A stretch of 54,711 nucleotides of DNA from a virus. Lineage: Duplodnaviria; Caudoviricetes. Location of the stretch: positions 1-54,711 of the IMG/VR virus record IMGVR_UViG_3300030119_000989. One strand, 5' to 3'. Shown one piece after another: positions 1 to 9,323 of this stretch. The position numbers were made by a program, and so were the translations under genes. The notes below the pieces were generated by a model, which made no database searches, had not been told where the DNA came from, and saw only the letters and a program-made list of their open reading frames with translations. The stretch's first letter is position 1, and every line of letters starts with the position of its first letter.

Positions 1-1182
1 TCAAGCGAATTTCAATGCCGCTTCGCGGGCACGCTGTAGCTGGCGTTCACCATAGAGTTTGGTGGTTGTTACGTCGCTATGCCCCATGATTCCGGCCGTA
101 ATTTCAATGCCGAGCATTTTCTCGTATTCGTCGTGAGCATAGTGTCTCAGTTGGTTGGGTGACCAGATATCAATCTTGGCTGATTCGCACGCTCTCCTGA
201 TGGTCTTCCTGTAGCTGGCTGTGTCGTAGAACGGTCGATACTTGTCGCCGTACCCCTTGTTTGTTCTGGGGGCTTCCTTGTCACCGCGACGCGCGGCATT
301 GCGTTGCAGCTGGGCATCTTCTGGCTTGAACAGATTTTCAACCGGCTCACGATTCATGAACGGCTTGATGATCCCCTGACACCGCGGGCCAAGGAAGATG
401 GTGCGACGGTCGCCACGGTATTTGGTCTTGAACTTGTCGGGTTCGTAAATCCAAACGTCATGGTCGGACATGTCGATATCGATCAGCCGCATGCCGCACA
501 CGTCCTGGGGGCGCATAGCGGTAAGCATTTGCAGGTCAATCATAGCGCAGACGGTGTGAGGAAGAAACTGCTTGGCCTTGTTGATTGCCAGCAATGGCGC
601 GGCCACAACCTTTTCAGACTCACGGGCCGGTGGCGTTCCCTTTTTGGGTGACCTGCCCTTCTTGATGGCCGTCACGGATTCAATTGCATAGAGCACTCGT
701 GAATCCAACAGTTCTTCGCTGACTGCCCAACGAACCATCCTTCGGATATGCTCGCACATCTTGTTGATGAGTGTTCTGGCCTTATCCTGTTTGATCATTT
801 CAACCTGGAAATCGCGTAGCTGGATTGGACCAAGACTATGCAGCGGTTCTTCACCATACAGGTTGTTGTAAAAAGTGAGTGTGTAATGAATGTTGCGAAC
901 TTCGGTCGTTTGTTTCCCGTCTTCATCCCGGTAATACCCGGCCGCGAACACCAGGTATTCACGACATAGATCATGCACGGCAAGCAATCCTGATGGATTT
1001 CGAATTACTTCACGAGCGTAGAACTCGTCGCTAAGCCACTTCGTGAAGCGTTGGTAGGCGACGTCCTTGCTTACCTTTTTCACCGGGCCGAAGCTCTTGT
1101 TTCGCACATGCTTCTCGTCGTCCCGCCACTGAGTCACCCACGATCCGTTCTTGGGCTTGGGATCCGTTGGTCTTGTTGCCAC
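1..1182 (-). CDS. int: Tyrosine recombinase / phage integrase
   Basis: Catalytic motifs TAMRPQD (R), HxxR-like NQLRH, IMGHS (H) and TKLYG (Y); GTG start. Confidence 0.95.
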   Translation of the reverse strand: MATRPTDPKPKNGSWVTQWRDDEKHVRNKSFGPVKKVSKDVAYQRFTKWLSDEFYAREVIRNPSGLLAVHDLCREYLVFAAGYYRDEDGKQTTEVRNIHYTLTFYNNLYGEEPLHSLGPIQLRDFQVEMIKQDKARTLINKMCEHIRRMVRWAVSEELLDSRVLYAIESVTAIKKGRSPKKGTPPARESEKVVAAPLLAINKAKQFLPHTVCAMIDLQMLTAMRPQDVCGMRLIDIDMSDHDVWIYEPDKFKTKYRGDRRTIFLGPRCQGIIKPFMNREPVENLFKPEDAQLQRNAARRGDKEAPRTNKGYGDKYRPFYDTASYRKTIRRACESAKIDIWSPNQLRHYAHDEYEKMLGIEITAGIMGHSDVTTTKLYGERQLQRAREAALKFA

Positions 1183-1351
1183 GCTTCACCTCGCATTGTG
1201 ATAGGAACTCATCAATGTGATGTTCCCCGAAAATGAATATCCCGTCACCTGGTTTAAAGTGACCGATCTTGCCTTCATAGCACCATTTTTTCAAAGTACT
1301 TTCGGCACATCCTAATTTTGTAGCAGTTTCTGCCAGATCATGCGTGATCAT
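1031..1351 (-). CDS. Excisionase-like HTH protein
   Basis: From the ATG at 1351: AETATKLGCAESTLKKWCYEGKIGHFKPG resembles an HTH_17/Xis domain; lies directly upstream of int. Confidence 0.75.
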   Translation of the reverse strand: MITHDLAETATKLGCAESTLKKWCYEGKIGHFKPGDGIFIFGEHHIDEFLSQCEVKRGNKTNGSQAQERIVGDSVAGRREACAKQELRPGEKGKQGRRLPTLHEVA

Positions 1352-1394
1352 TTTTACCGTCCTTGTCTCACGGGTGAGCAAGCTAGCCGTGTCA

Positions 1395-1832
1395 TCATCC
1401 AAATAAAACGCCTTGCGCCCCGGGCTCCACCGGGATATCAGCCGCGTCGATGCGTTCGATTTCCAGCACGACCCGCGGGTTGGCTTTGTCATACGCGAAC
1501 ACTGTTGGCTTGTGGCTGAGCACCTTCGAGTTGTCATCGAGGATCAGACCCGCATCGACCAAACCGTCATAGGCAGGCTTGAGGGCATACTCGAAGTTGC
1601 GAAAGTCACGGCGACGATTGGTGTCAAAGTAAAACGTCGCTTTGCATTCTGCGTGGTGCCAGCGGCGCATGGCGCCACCCGCTTCGAGCGTGCGAATCAT
1701 AGTCAGTTCACGATACTTTTTGGCGGCAACTGATTTGGCAATGCGGCCATGCTTCGATCCTGGAGGATTGTTCGGTTGCAGTTTGCGGTCGGGCAGCGGG
1801 ATTGTGATGGTGATGGTGATGATGCGTGTCAT
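1395..1832 (-). CDS. RusA-like Holliday junction resolvase
   Basis: RRRDFRN..LKPAYDGLVDAGLILDDN...PRV matches the RusA pattern. Confidence 0.85.
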   Translation of the reverse strand: MTRIITITITIPLPDRKLQPNNPPGSKHGRIAKSVAAKKYRELTMIRTLEAGGAMRRWHHAECKATFYFDTNRRRDFRNFEYALKPAYDGLVDAGLILDDNSKVLSHKPTVFAYDKANPRVVLEIERIDAADIPVEPGAQGVLFG

Positions 1833-2203
1833 GCAGCACCGCCTTCGATTTCACGGGCTTGCTGCCTGAGAAGCTGTTTGGAGATCGAGCATGGTTTATT
1901 TTTCATTGCCCCACGCCCCACAGCACAGGCCGTGGCGATGTCATTGTGGGCTTCGATCGCGGTTTTGACTGACTGACGATATGGGCCAATGCATCCACAT
2001 TTGCGACATGCAACTGCAAAATAGATGACATCAACATTGCTTGACGTAATTGATGGATATTCACGGACAATACATTTCCCATTGCAATCTTTTGAGTAGC
2101 ATGGAAATATTTGAGCAGGCAATAAATCATTTAATCCCTTAGGAACGGGATAATCTTTTGTTCTTGAATCATCGTATGTCTCGTCATAGTCTCTGCTCAT
2201 CAC
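1829..2203 (-). CDS. Zinc-finger protein, Lar (restriction alleviation)-like
   Basis: PCYSKDC...VACRKCGCIGP....AIEAHN; ATGA coupling to neighbouring genes. Confidence 0.5.
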   Translation of the reverse strand: MMSRDYDETYDDSRTKDYPVPKGLNDLLPAQIFPCYSKDCNGKCIVREYPSITSSNVDVIYFAVACRKCGCIGPYRQSVKTAIEAHNDIATACAVGRGAMKNKPCSISKQLLRQQAREIEGGAA

Positions 2204-2661
2204 GCAACTCCCATCTGTTTATGCTGCTTGCACCACCGGTGCACGTACTTGTAGTCAATTCCCTGGCACACCTTGACGACACGCTCGCAGGTTGGTTTGT
2301 CGAACATGCCGATGTGACATTTATCAGGATCAATACCGAGCCTTGCCGCAAGCCATTCGTAGGCTTCACGTCTGGCGCTGCGTACAGTGAATCCTTTGGG
2401 CACACTCGCCATTCGCTGGTTCCAGATGCGATCGAACACAGCGTGGGCGTCTTGCCGGGCCTTACGGGTTTCCGAATCAACCGGGATGCCAAGAGGTTCA
2501 CCCCATTTGTTACCACTGCCATCGCCATGAGCACCGTGGGAAGCTTTGCATTTGGGGAACCGCTTACAGCCGTAGAACGGGTCATACTTGCTGATCTTGA
2601 GCACCATGTCGCTGCCACAATCGGGGCAGGCGTTGGGGAGGATGTGACCGCGTTTCTTCAT
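2200..2661 (-). CDS. Zinc-ribbon protein (topoisomerase C4 finger / DUF3268-like)
   Basis: CPDCGSDMVLK...FYGCKRFPKC; RQDAHAVFDRIW; AYEWLA..LGI....CHIGMFD. Confidence 0.75.
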   Translation of the reverse strand: MKKRGHILPNACPDCGSDMVLKISKYDPFYGCKRFPKCKASHGAHGDGSGNKWGEPLGIPVDSETRKARQDAHAVFDRIWNQRMASVPKGFTVRSARREAYEWLAARLGIDPDKCHIGMFDKPTCERVVKVCQGIDYKYVHRWCKQHKQMGVA

Positions 2662-3143
2662 TTACTCACTCCCAATGGAAGCAGCACGAGCAAGATCACG
2701 AATACCACTGGCAATATCGCGAGCACTTGTTGGGCCGCACGCGGCCGCCTGCTTGCATTCACTCCACCACTTAATCGCCTCAGCCAACTCACGTTCGTTG
2801 ATGTCGTGGCAGACATGAAGAACTGTTTGGGACGATGGATCGGCTCGGTGAAGCTCAACACCATCTGACCGTCTTCTATGACGGCGCCGTCGATGGGGAT
2901 GGTTTTCGTGCAGACGTGGCCATCCTGATTGATGTACTGGAACTGAAACATCAAAGGCATGGCCGGTGCAACGTCACAATCAGGTGCTGCCAGATCAAAG
3001 ATGGTGTCGGTGGTGACGGGTTCGCCAATCAATCGCACCTTGATCCCGCTGGTGCAGTACCGTGCAGCCTCAGTTGCCGTGCAAGGTCGCCAGTAGTTCG
3101 TTACGCGATCCGACCAGATGTTGAGGTATTGCCAACGGCTCAT
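2658..3143 (-). CDS. Hypothetical protein with C-terminal transmembrane segment
   Basis: ATGA-coupled ORF in the early operon; hydrophobic C-terminus. Confidence 0.6.
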   Translation of the reverse strand: MSRWQYLNIWSDRVTNYWRPCTATEAARYCTSGIKVRLIGEPVTTDTIFDLAAPDCDVAPAMPLMFQFQYINQDGHVCTKTIPIDGAVIEDGQMVLSFTEPIHRPKQFFMSATTSTNVSWLRRLSGGVNASRRPRAAQQVLAILPVVFVILLVLLPLGVSK

Positions 3144-3757
3144 TGAACACCCCCGTTTATATTGCTTTTGAACCGGTCAAACGCTGCGTCTTGAGATAGT
3201 TTGTGGGAGTATCTATCGCACGCCTCAACCGCCTGCTCTACCGTCAACCCCATGTCCTCGACCTGCTTCAACAGGTGCAGGGCATTGGAGACTTGCTCGT
3301 CGTTGTGGTGTTGCAGGTCGCGTAGGGTCGCTTTAAGCTCAACGTCATGCGTATGGTTAATTACCATTCCTAAATCAGAGGCAAGACCTCCAACCGATAC
3401 TGACTGGCAGCCCTCTTTTTCTGCCATATTTCGGACCCATTGCTCGGATGGCTGCTGAACTGTTAAAGAATCCTTAACGGTTGAACTATCCGGTTTTTCC
3501 GGGCGGTTGAAGTTGTCAGCAGGTGGATGGCTTTTAAATTTAATAACTACAACTCGTCGTTTTGATTTTAAAAGCCGGTCGTTACTGAACGGCCTGCCTT
3601 CGATTGCCGACTCAATCGTTTCATCAAGCCAATTCAAATTTAAAGCTTCAACCCCTGGGTAGCAGCAACATCCACCAATGGCTTTGTGTACATGCTTTAG
3701 AGCGTCGATTAGCCTGTCGTTATGCTTAGTTAAATCCACAGTGGCTTTGTCATTCAT
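3140..3757 (-). CDS. Hypothetical phage protein
   Basis: Coupled ORF; shares a module of about 27 aa with 6428-6661. Confidence 0.6.
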   Translation of the reverse strand: MNDKATVDLTKHNDRLIDALKHVHKAIGGCCCYPGVEALNLNWLDETIESAIEGRPFSNDRLLKSKRRVVVIKFKSHPPADNFNRPEKPDSSTVKDSLTVQQPSEQWVRNMAEKEGCQSVSVGGLASDLGMVINHTHDVELKATLRDLQHHNDEQVSNALHLLKQVEDMGLTVEQAVEACDRYSHKLSQDAAFDRFKSNINGGVQ

Positions 3758-3758
3758 C

Positions 3759-4634
3759 TCATATCCCTTTCTTGTTCACGATCAAGACCTCTGGGGCCTT
3801 GCCTGGCTTGGCGCCACGTTTGTTCTGCACATGCAGGTTTTTGTTGATTGCCGCATTCAGGTGATCCCATTGCTCGGGCGGGTAAAGTTCGCTGAGACAC
3901 GGATGGGCGTAATAGCTGATCACGATTCGGGTGTGTTGGTAGGCGTTCAGCAGCTTGGCCAAACGACGATGTTCGATGCCTGAAAAGTCATGCCGGTAAC
4001 CACCGTCCGCATCGCCACCGGTTCGCGTTTCGATCAGGTAAGGCGGGTCGCAGTACACCGCCACGTCACCGCGATCGGGAATCTTGGGGATCATGTCCCA
4101 GGCCGACCAGTTGAGGATCACCACGCTGCGTAGACGATCATGCCACCATGGAATTGATTCGATTGCCGAACGAAATCGCGTCGTCGCAGAACCACCCGTC
4201 GGTGTCCATCGCATTGCCAGGCTGAATGACATGCGTTTGCTGCCCGATACACCGTTGCGACCAGCCCATGAGTGAATGAAAAAGTGATAAGCCCAATCGA
4301 GCGGATCTGGATCATCAGGACGATCCATGAGGTAATCGCGTGACTGCTCAAATAGTGCCTGTGAAAACAGCGTGCGAGTCAAACGATCGTAGAGTTCAAC
4401 CGCCTGATCGTGATCGGCCAGAACCTTGGCCATGTTGGTCAGGTCTTGGTGCAGGTCGCAGGCGGTTTCGTACTGTGCAGCAGGCTTTGCCAGCAGGACG
4501 GCCATGCTCCCGCAGAACGGCTCATAATACATCTTGTGGTCACCGAGCAGTTCGACGATGCGCGGTGCCAGGATTCGCTTGCTGCCATACCATGGACTGA
4601 TGGCTGTGATCTTGGGTTTGGTTAATGCAGTCAA
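3759..4634 (-). CDS. DNA adenine methyltransferase (Dam/D12 class)
   Basis: PWYGSK, YEPFCGS (motif I) and YCDPPY (motif IV). Confidence 0.92.
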   Translation of the reverse strand: MTALTKPKITAISPWYGSKRILAPRIVELLGDHKMYYEPFCGSMAVLLAKPAAQYETACDLHQDLTNMAKVLADHDQAVELYDRLTRTLFSQALFEQSRDYLMDRPDDPDPLDWAYHFFIHSWAGRNGVSGSKRMSFSLAMRWTPTGGSATTRFRSAIESIPWWHDRLRSVVILNWSAWDMIPKIPDRGDVAVYCDPPYLIETRTGGDADGGYRHDFSGIEHRRLAKLLNAYQHTRIVISYYAHPCLSELYPPEQWDHLNAAINKNLHVQNKRGAKPGKAPEVLIVNKKGI

Positions 4635-5314
4635 AACGGCAACTCCTCATCTTTCTGGAACCTCGAACGAATCCAACGCGCCGCGTTCCTGGGCACGTAC
4701 CGCAGCCGCACCAGGTACCAGGCCAACATCACGGCATAGAGCAGCGGCCACCTGAGATTGGCAGGACGCAAGCTGATGTTCGGGTGCCAATAGTCGTAGA
4801 CATAGCGACGGATGAACCGGAAGCGACCACCTGCAACACGACAGAGGATTGACAGCAACATGGCTGCTTGCAGCGCGGTGCGATCGTCAATATGCGGGTG
4901 TTGGATGTAGCCTTTGATGATTTCGCCCTTGTATGTCCGGGCTCCATCAGGTTCGAGTCGGCGACCGGGAATGTAGAACGTGCGATCGGCGAACTGGTAC
5001 CGTTGTAGCTTGATGTAGATGCGACGATAAACGCCGGTTCCATTGCACTTATAACATGGCTCTGGGAACGGTCGACGATTGAACTGGCCGGTACCATGAC
5101 ACGACCAGCAACTGTGATCAATCTGCTGCACGTCAAACCATGCAGCGTATGTCGTGCCGAAGCGTTGAAGGATTTCGGATTTCATGAAGTAGAACGATGA
5201 CTTCACATCGTCCGTCCAGTATCCGGCGCGGCAGTTTGCTTGCCAAAGCAGGTAAGATAGCAGGCGATGAAATCGCGGATGCTTGGCGAATTTGAACCTG
5301 AGTTGGTTGGTCAT
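4631..5314 (-). CDS. Hypothetical protein with DnaJ-type zinc finger
   Basis: CWSCHGTG and CYKCNGTG; start placed at the ATG overlapping the upstream stop. Confidence 0.65.
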   Translation of the reverse strand: MTNQLRFKFAKHPRFHRLLSYLLWQANCRAGYWTDDVKSSFYFMKSEILQRFGTTYAAWFDVQQIDHSCWSCHGTGQFNRRPFPEPCYKCNGTGVYRRIYIKLQRYQFADRTFYIPGRRLEPDGARTYKGEIIKGYIQHPHIDDRTALQAAMLLSILCRVAGGRFRFIRRYVYDYWHPNISLRPANLRWPLLYAVMLAWYLVRLRYVPRNAARWIRSRFQKDEELPF

Positions 5315-5580
5315 AGCGTTCCGACCTCCAATCCGTCGCTGAAAAGAGATTGGGTCAGTTCTTTGCACAGCACCATTCCACTGCGTGTTGTTTCGTACTT
5401 TGCCTTGCCAAATCGAACCACGTGACCATCGTTGCGAAGATGGAATATGTACTGATAAACCTTCTGGCGTTCGATGCCTGATGTACACGACACATCCTTG
5501 ATACTGGCAGGCTCAATCACACGCAGGGCAAGCAAAGCTTTTTGTTTGGTGGATAGGTTCACGCCGTCACCGCCTCTCAT
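5311..5580 (-). CDS. Small winged-HTH-like protein
   Basis: SIKDVSCTSGIERQKVYQYIFHLRNDGHV...YETT pattern. Confidence 0.55.
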   Translation of the reverse strand: MRGGDGVNLSTKQKALLALRVIEPASIKDVSCTSGIERQKVYQYIFHLRNDGHVVRFGKAKYETTRSGMVLCKELTQSLFSDGLEVGTL

Positions 5581-6431
5581 TCACAAAGACCATATTTAGA
5601 TTCGCAAGTCGGACGTTTTTGCAAAACATGCAGCCCCATTTGTCGGCCGCCGTTCACAGTCTTTGACCATGCAACTACGTCATCGATCCAGTTAATTGCC
5701 ATGCCGGGTACTTTGGGGGCAAAGAACGTCCGGCCAACTCGCTTTTCCCATTCACGTATCTTGTCGATCATCTCTGGCGAACGGTCAGCCCAAGCCCGAA
5801 TATCTTCTTTGCCGCTATTAATACATGGGGCGCATCCAACCCGACTAAATCCCAGCGTGTAAAGTTCGTTGATCTTTTCACCGTGAGCTTGCACGTAGTC
5901 GAAGCACATCTGTTTCGACCAGTCAGCTATTGGGTGATGCAATTCGCAATCAAAATATTTATCCCATGTCTCAAAATCTGCTGATGATCGCCTGCGGCTT
6001 TCATCGCGTCGCACGCCCACGTAGCGGATTACTTCACGGTCTGGCCACAGGCTTTCAATTACACGTTTTTGTGGGTTAATTTTTAAATGCTCTGTGCAAA
6101 ACTGAAACCTTGACGACGGGAAGAAGCCTTTGATTTTGGCCATCAGGTCGAACGACAATGGGTCGTCGGGCTGCAACCCGAGTTCTTTGATTTTGCCCTT
6201 CGCTCGTCCAGCCATGTCCGCAACGATGGGTGTGACCATCATGACCTCATGCACATTTGCTGAATACCACGCAATAAATGCTGTGGTCATTGGATGCTCG
6301 TTACCACCTGCGTCAGAGTTGATCAAAACAACCTGATCAGCCGGGATTCGATTTAACACCCATCTTGCGCAGGCTTGGCTGTCAATGCCGCCTGAGAACC
6401 CCACTATATGTAGCGCTTTGTGTTCACTCAT
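5577..6431 (-). CDS. PAPS reductase family (PP-loop, Cys-cluster) protein
   Basis: FSGGIDS PP-loop, FCTEHLK, VGVRRDES, LGFSRVGCAPC. Confidence 0.9.
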   Translation of the reverse strand: MSEHKALHIVGFSGGIDSQACARWVLNRIPADQVVLINSDAGGNEHPMTTAFIAWYSANVHEVMMVTPIVADMAGRAKGKIKELGLQPDDPLSFDLMAKIKGFFPSSRFQFCTEHLKINPQKRVIESLWPDREVIRYVGVRRDESRRRSSADFETWDKYFDCELHHPIADWSKQMCFDYVQAHGEKINELYTLGFSRVGCAPCINSGKEDIRAWADRSPEMIDKIREWEKRVGRTFFAPKVPGMAINWIDDVVAWSKTVNGGRQMGLHVLQKRPTCESKYGLCE

Positions 6432-6661
6432 CCCTCACCCCCTGCCTGCTCAACCGTCAGTCCTGCGTCCTCGACTTTCGCCAACAGGTGCATGGCCTTG
6501 CTGACCTGCTCGTCGTTGGGGTGGAGGAGGTCGTATTTTTCAATCATGTCTTTTGTACTCCTTGTATACGGATCATCTGGATTCGTGTCACATACAAAAA
6601 ACCAAAGTCGATCTCTCATCTTTTTTGCCAGCTTCGCCAGCGTGTCGGGTTGGTCAGTCAT
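6428..6661 (-). CDS. Hypothetical protein
   Basis: ATGA-coupled ORF; carries the module shared with 3140-3757. Confidence 0.6.
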   Translation of the reverse strand: MTDQPDTLAKLAKKMRDRLWFFVCDTNPDDPYTRSTKDMIEKYDLLHPNDEQVSKAMHLLAKVEDAGLTVEQAGGEG

Positions 6662-6924
6662 TGGTCGTCCTCCGTTGTTCGTATGTACCGGCCAAGTTCA
6701 GCGACTTGGCTGGCGGTTAGTTTTTCGCCTTTGGTAGACAGTTCAACTGCCTTCCTTCCCACCTCCGCCTCCCTCGCCAGTTTGTTGTGGGCGGCGAGGG
6801 ATGGGGCCTGATAAACGCACTTGCGAACACCATCTTTCGTGATGACGCCATGCCAAACTGTTCCTGTAGGCTTATGTACATTTAAATCACCCCCACAAAA
6901 CGGGCATCTCGCAATATCAGTCAT
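6658..6924 (-). CDS. Small hypothetical protein with CPFCGG motif
   Basis: RCPFCGG N-terminus typical of Lar-like phage proteins; coupled ORF. Confidence 0.55.
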   Translation of the reverse strand: MTDIARCPFCGGDLNVHKPTGTVWHGVITKDGVRKCVYQAPSLAAHNKLAREAEVGRKAVELSTKGEKLTASQVAELGRYIRTTEDDQ

Positions 6925-7488
6925 GGCCGGACTCGCTTTCGATCTTGTCGCACATCTTCATGATGTGGCTGGCGAATTCACGCGCCTGTTTGGGTGTAAC
7001 TTTGAACGTGTAAGCTTGCAGGGAATCGAACGATATTCCATCATCCCTCACCCCCAAAGTGCTTCTCGATGAGCTGTTTGGCCAATTGAAGCTTTTTAAA
7101 CAGTTCGTCGCTTCCACCAGTGTCTGGATGGCATGGACGCCGGGGCCATAGCTGGAGTTGCCAAGGTTGGTGATCGGCTTGCGATGTGACTCTGCATCAA
7201 CCACCGATGCCGGGCATGCAAATCCGCTTCGCTCACCGGCCAGTCGGCATGTTTAGCAACCTCAGCAGGATCATGCTGCACCGCCCGCCAGAAGTTGGCG
7301 ATAAAATGACTCGCATCGTTGACCGTCTCGACCTTGCCCGTGTGATCCGCAGGCCGACGCAACAGCACGGCCACCGAGCCGGCAAACGGCTCGATGAAGT
7401 TGGAGACATCGCCCAGACGTGACCAAACCAGGTCAGCCACCTTGGACTTGCCGCCGAACCATGGGAATGGGGCTTTAAGAACACTCAT
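6917..7488 (-). pseudogene. Truncated or frame-disrupted second adenine methyltransferase
   Basis: 7096-7488 has APFPWFGGKS and IEPFAGS but no DPPY; the reading shifts into ORF 6917-7204 near position 7200. Confidence 0.7.
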
Positions 7489-9323
7489 ACCGTCACCGCC
7501 TCTCTGCGGGTGCTGTTACGCTTGGCAGGCTTTGGCCAGTACGGTATGACATTGGCACGGATAATAGCCTGCATTGGCGGTGGGCTGACACTGTTACCGA
7601 TCAGCCGAACCTGTACCCGTTTGCTAAGCTTCTTTCCGTTGGCACCCTCATCGATCACATAGTCATCGCGGAAGCCTTGAGCACGCGCCAGTTCACGGGG
7701 CGTGAGCATTCGCATCATGATGTCCACGATGGCGTAGGTTTCACCGTCGATGGCTAGTGTCACCAAGCCAAAACGCTCGTGTGTCGGGATAGTGTGCAAT
7801 GGCTCACTGCAAGATTGACCATGCACATCACATCCGTAGTATTTAGCCATGAAGGCTGTGACCAACGCCTTGTTGTGATAACCGCTTGTGATGGTTGATA
7901 ACGGATCGGTCACCGACTCGTGACGGTTTTCGCCTTGTCCGACGCGAACGATGTGAGCTGCCCCCACGCTATGATGATCCCATGACGTGATCGTACCAAG
8001 GGGCTTTTCAACAGTCTGCCCTACCACACCGGTGTAATGCTTGTTCAAGAACGCAGCGACCAGAGCATGTTTGCCACCACCACTGACAATGGTGCCCAAG
8101 GGTTTGTCGAGTCCAGGCACGCGGGGAGATTGGCCGGCACGTTCACCGTAGCCGATCTGAACCAGTGTGGGCGACACCAGTGCGTGACGCCCTCCCTTGG
8201 GAGATGCCGTGACGGTCGATAGCGGCTCATTGACGCTACGAGTTTGAGCATGGTCTGATCCATAGTTGGCGATAGACACGATGAACGGTCGAGTCGCATT
8301 GATTACATGCCGATACATCCCGGCTGCAATGCGTTTTAAGGTGTTGTCCGCAAGCGGTCGACGTGGACAAGGTCGCTTGTGATGCTTAGCCCATGCCTTA
8401 GCCTCTGCTGGAGTAGCAAAGATGCTGCACATCGGTTCGGACCAAACGATGATGTCGGCTGCGGTGCGGTAGGGTTTTAATTGTGGTTTCTTCTGATGGC
8501 AATTAACCGTTCGTTTCTGATGTACTTGTCCACATCGTCCGCCCATTGAGCAAGATGATGATGTCCCATTCTGGTCAATTCTGATTTGATCACTGCCATC
8601 TTGCACTGGGCAGCTGTTCCCGGATCTTCTTGTTCGATTCTTTTGACAGCCTGCTCGCTCGTTTCTGTGCGTGTTTCCATATGTAGCCTCCGGCCAAATA
8701 ATTGGTTTGCCATCGCAACGCGCGATGAGGAATAGTCTGTTACGTGTGGTGGGTGCGCCGTAGTCGCAAGCCTTGAGGCATCGCCATTCGACCGCATAGC
8801 CCATATAACGCAGCAGATCGACAAAAATCTGGAAGCATGATCCGTCACGCAGCGGCATGCCTTGTTCATCCAGTTCACTCCACTGCTCGAACTCCGGCAC
8901 GTTTTCCAGCGTGATAATCTTCGGCTTGACCGCAAAGGACCAGCGAATCACCACCCATGCTAAGCTGCGACGCTTGACGGATCGGTTGGGCTTACCGCCC
9001 TTTGCCCGACTGAAATCAGTACAGTCTGGAGAGGCGTGCAAAAACGCGACCGGCTTACCCTCGGTAACCTCACATGGATCCACATCAAACACATCGGACT
9101 GTATGTGATCTGTCATCGGATGATTTCGCATGTGGCAGGAAATCGCGTCCGGATCGTGGTTGATGGCGATGTCGACGTGCCGATTGATACCAACTTCAGC
9201 AAACGCCTGCTCAATGCCGATCGACGCACCACCGCCGCCCGCAAACAGGTCGACGATCAAGCCATCCATGGTGGTGTCGTACAGGCCGGGGGTTTTCACG
9301 CGTGGAGGAACTGCCATTAGCAT
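7485..9323 (-). CDS. DNA cytosine-C5 methyltransferase
   Basis: DLFAGGGG (I), SPDC (IV), LENV (VI), TRNRLF (VIII), RMLTPRELARAQGF (IX), IGNSV (X). Confidence 0.95.
   Translation of the reverse strand: MLMAVPPRVKTPGLYDTTMDGLIVDLFAGGGGASIGIEQAFAEVGINRHVDIAINHDPDAISCHMRNHPMTDHIQSDVFDVDPCEVTEGKPVAFLHASPDCTDFSRAKGGKPNRSVKRRSLAWVVIRWSFAVKPKIITLENVPEFEQWSELDEQGMPLRDGSCFQIFVDLLRYMGYAVEWRCLKACDYGAPTTRNRLFLIARCDGKPIIWPEATYGNTHRNERAGCQKNRTRRSGNSCPVQDGSDQIRIDQNGTSSSCSMGGRCGQVHQKRTVNCHQKKPQLKPYRTAADIIVWSEPMCSIFATPAEAKAWAKHHKRPCPRRPLADNTLKRIAAGMYRHVINATRPFIVSIANYGSDHAQTRSVNEPLSTVTASPKGGRHALVSPTLVQIGYGERAGQSPRVPGLDKPLGTIVSGGGKHALVAAFLNKHYTGVVGQTVEKPLGTITSWDHHSVGAAHIVRVGQGENRHESVTDPLSTITSGYHNKALVTAFMAKYYGCDVHGQSCSEPLHTIPTHERFGLVTLAIDGETYAIVDIMMRMLTPRELARAQGFRDDYVIDEGANGKKLSKRVQVRLIGNSVSPPPMQAIIRANVIPYWPKPAKRNSTRREAVTV
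8477..8680 (-). CDS. Putative 67-aa gene nested out of frame inside the C5 methyltransferase
   Basis: GGAGG six nt before the ATG; helical-looking product METRTETSEQAVKRIEQEDPG...; coincides with an atypical insert in the MTase frame. Confidence 0.55.
   Translation of the reverse strand: METRTETSEQAVKRIEQEDPGTAAQCKMAVIKSELTRMGHHHLAQWADDVDKYIRNERLIAIRRNHN

Noticed and set aside
5577-6431. Complete phosphorothioation system or sulfur-assimilation auxiliary gene
   Set aside because: No other dnd/ssp or cys genes are seen; the family is common as a solitary phage gene.
3231-6523. Diversity-generating retroelement TR/VR pair
   Set aside because: Mismatches are not adenine-specific on either strand and no reverse transcriptase is present.
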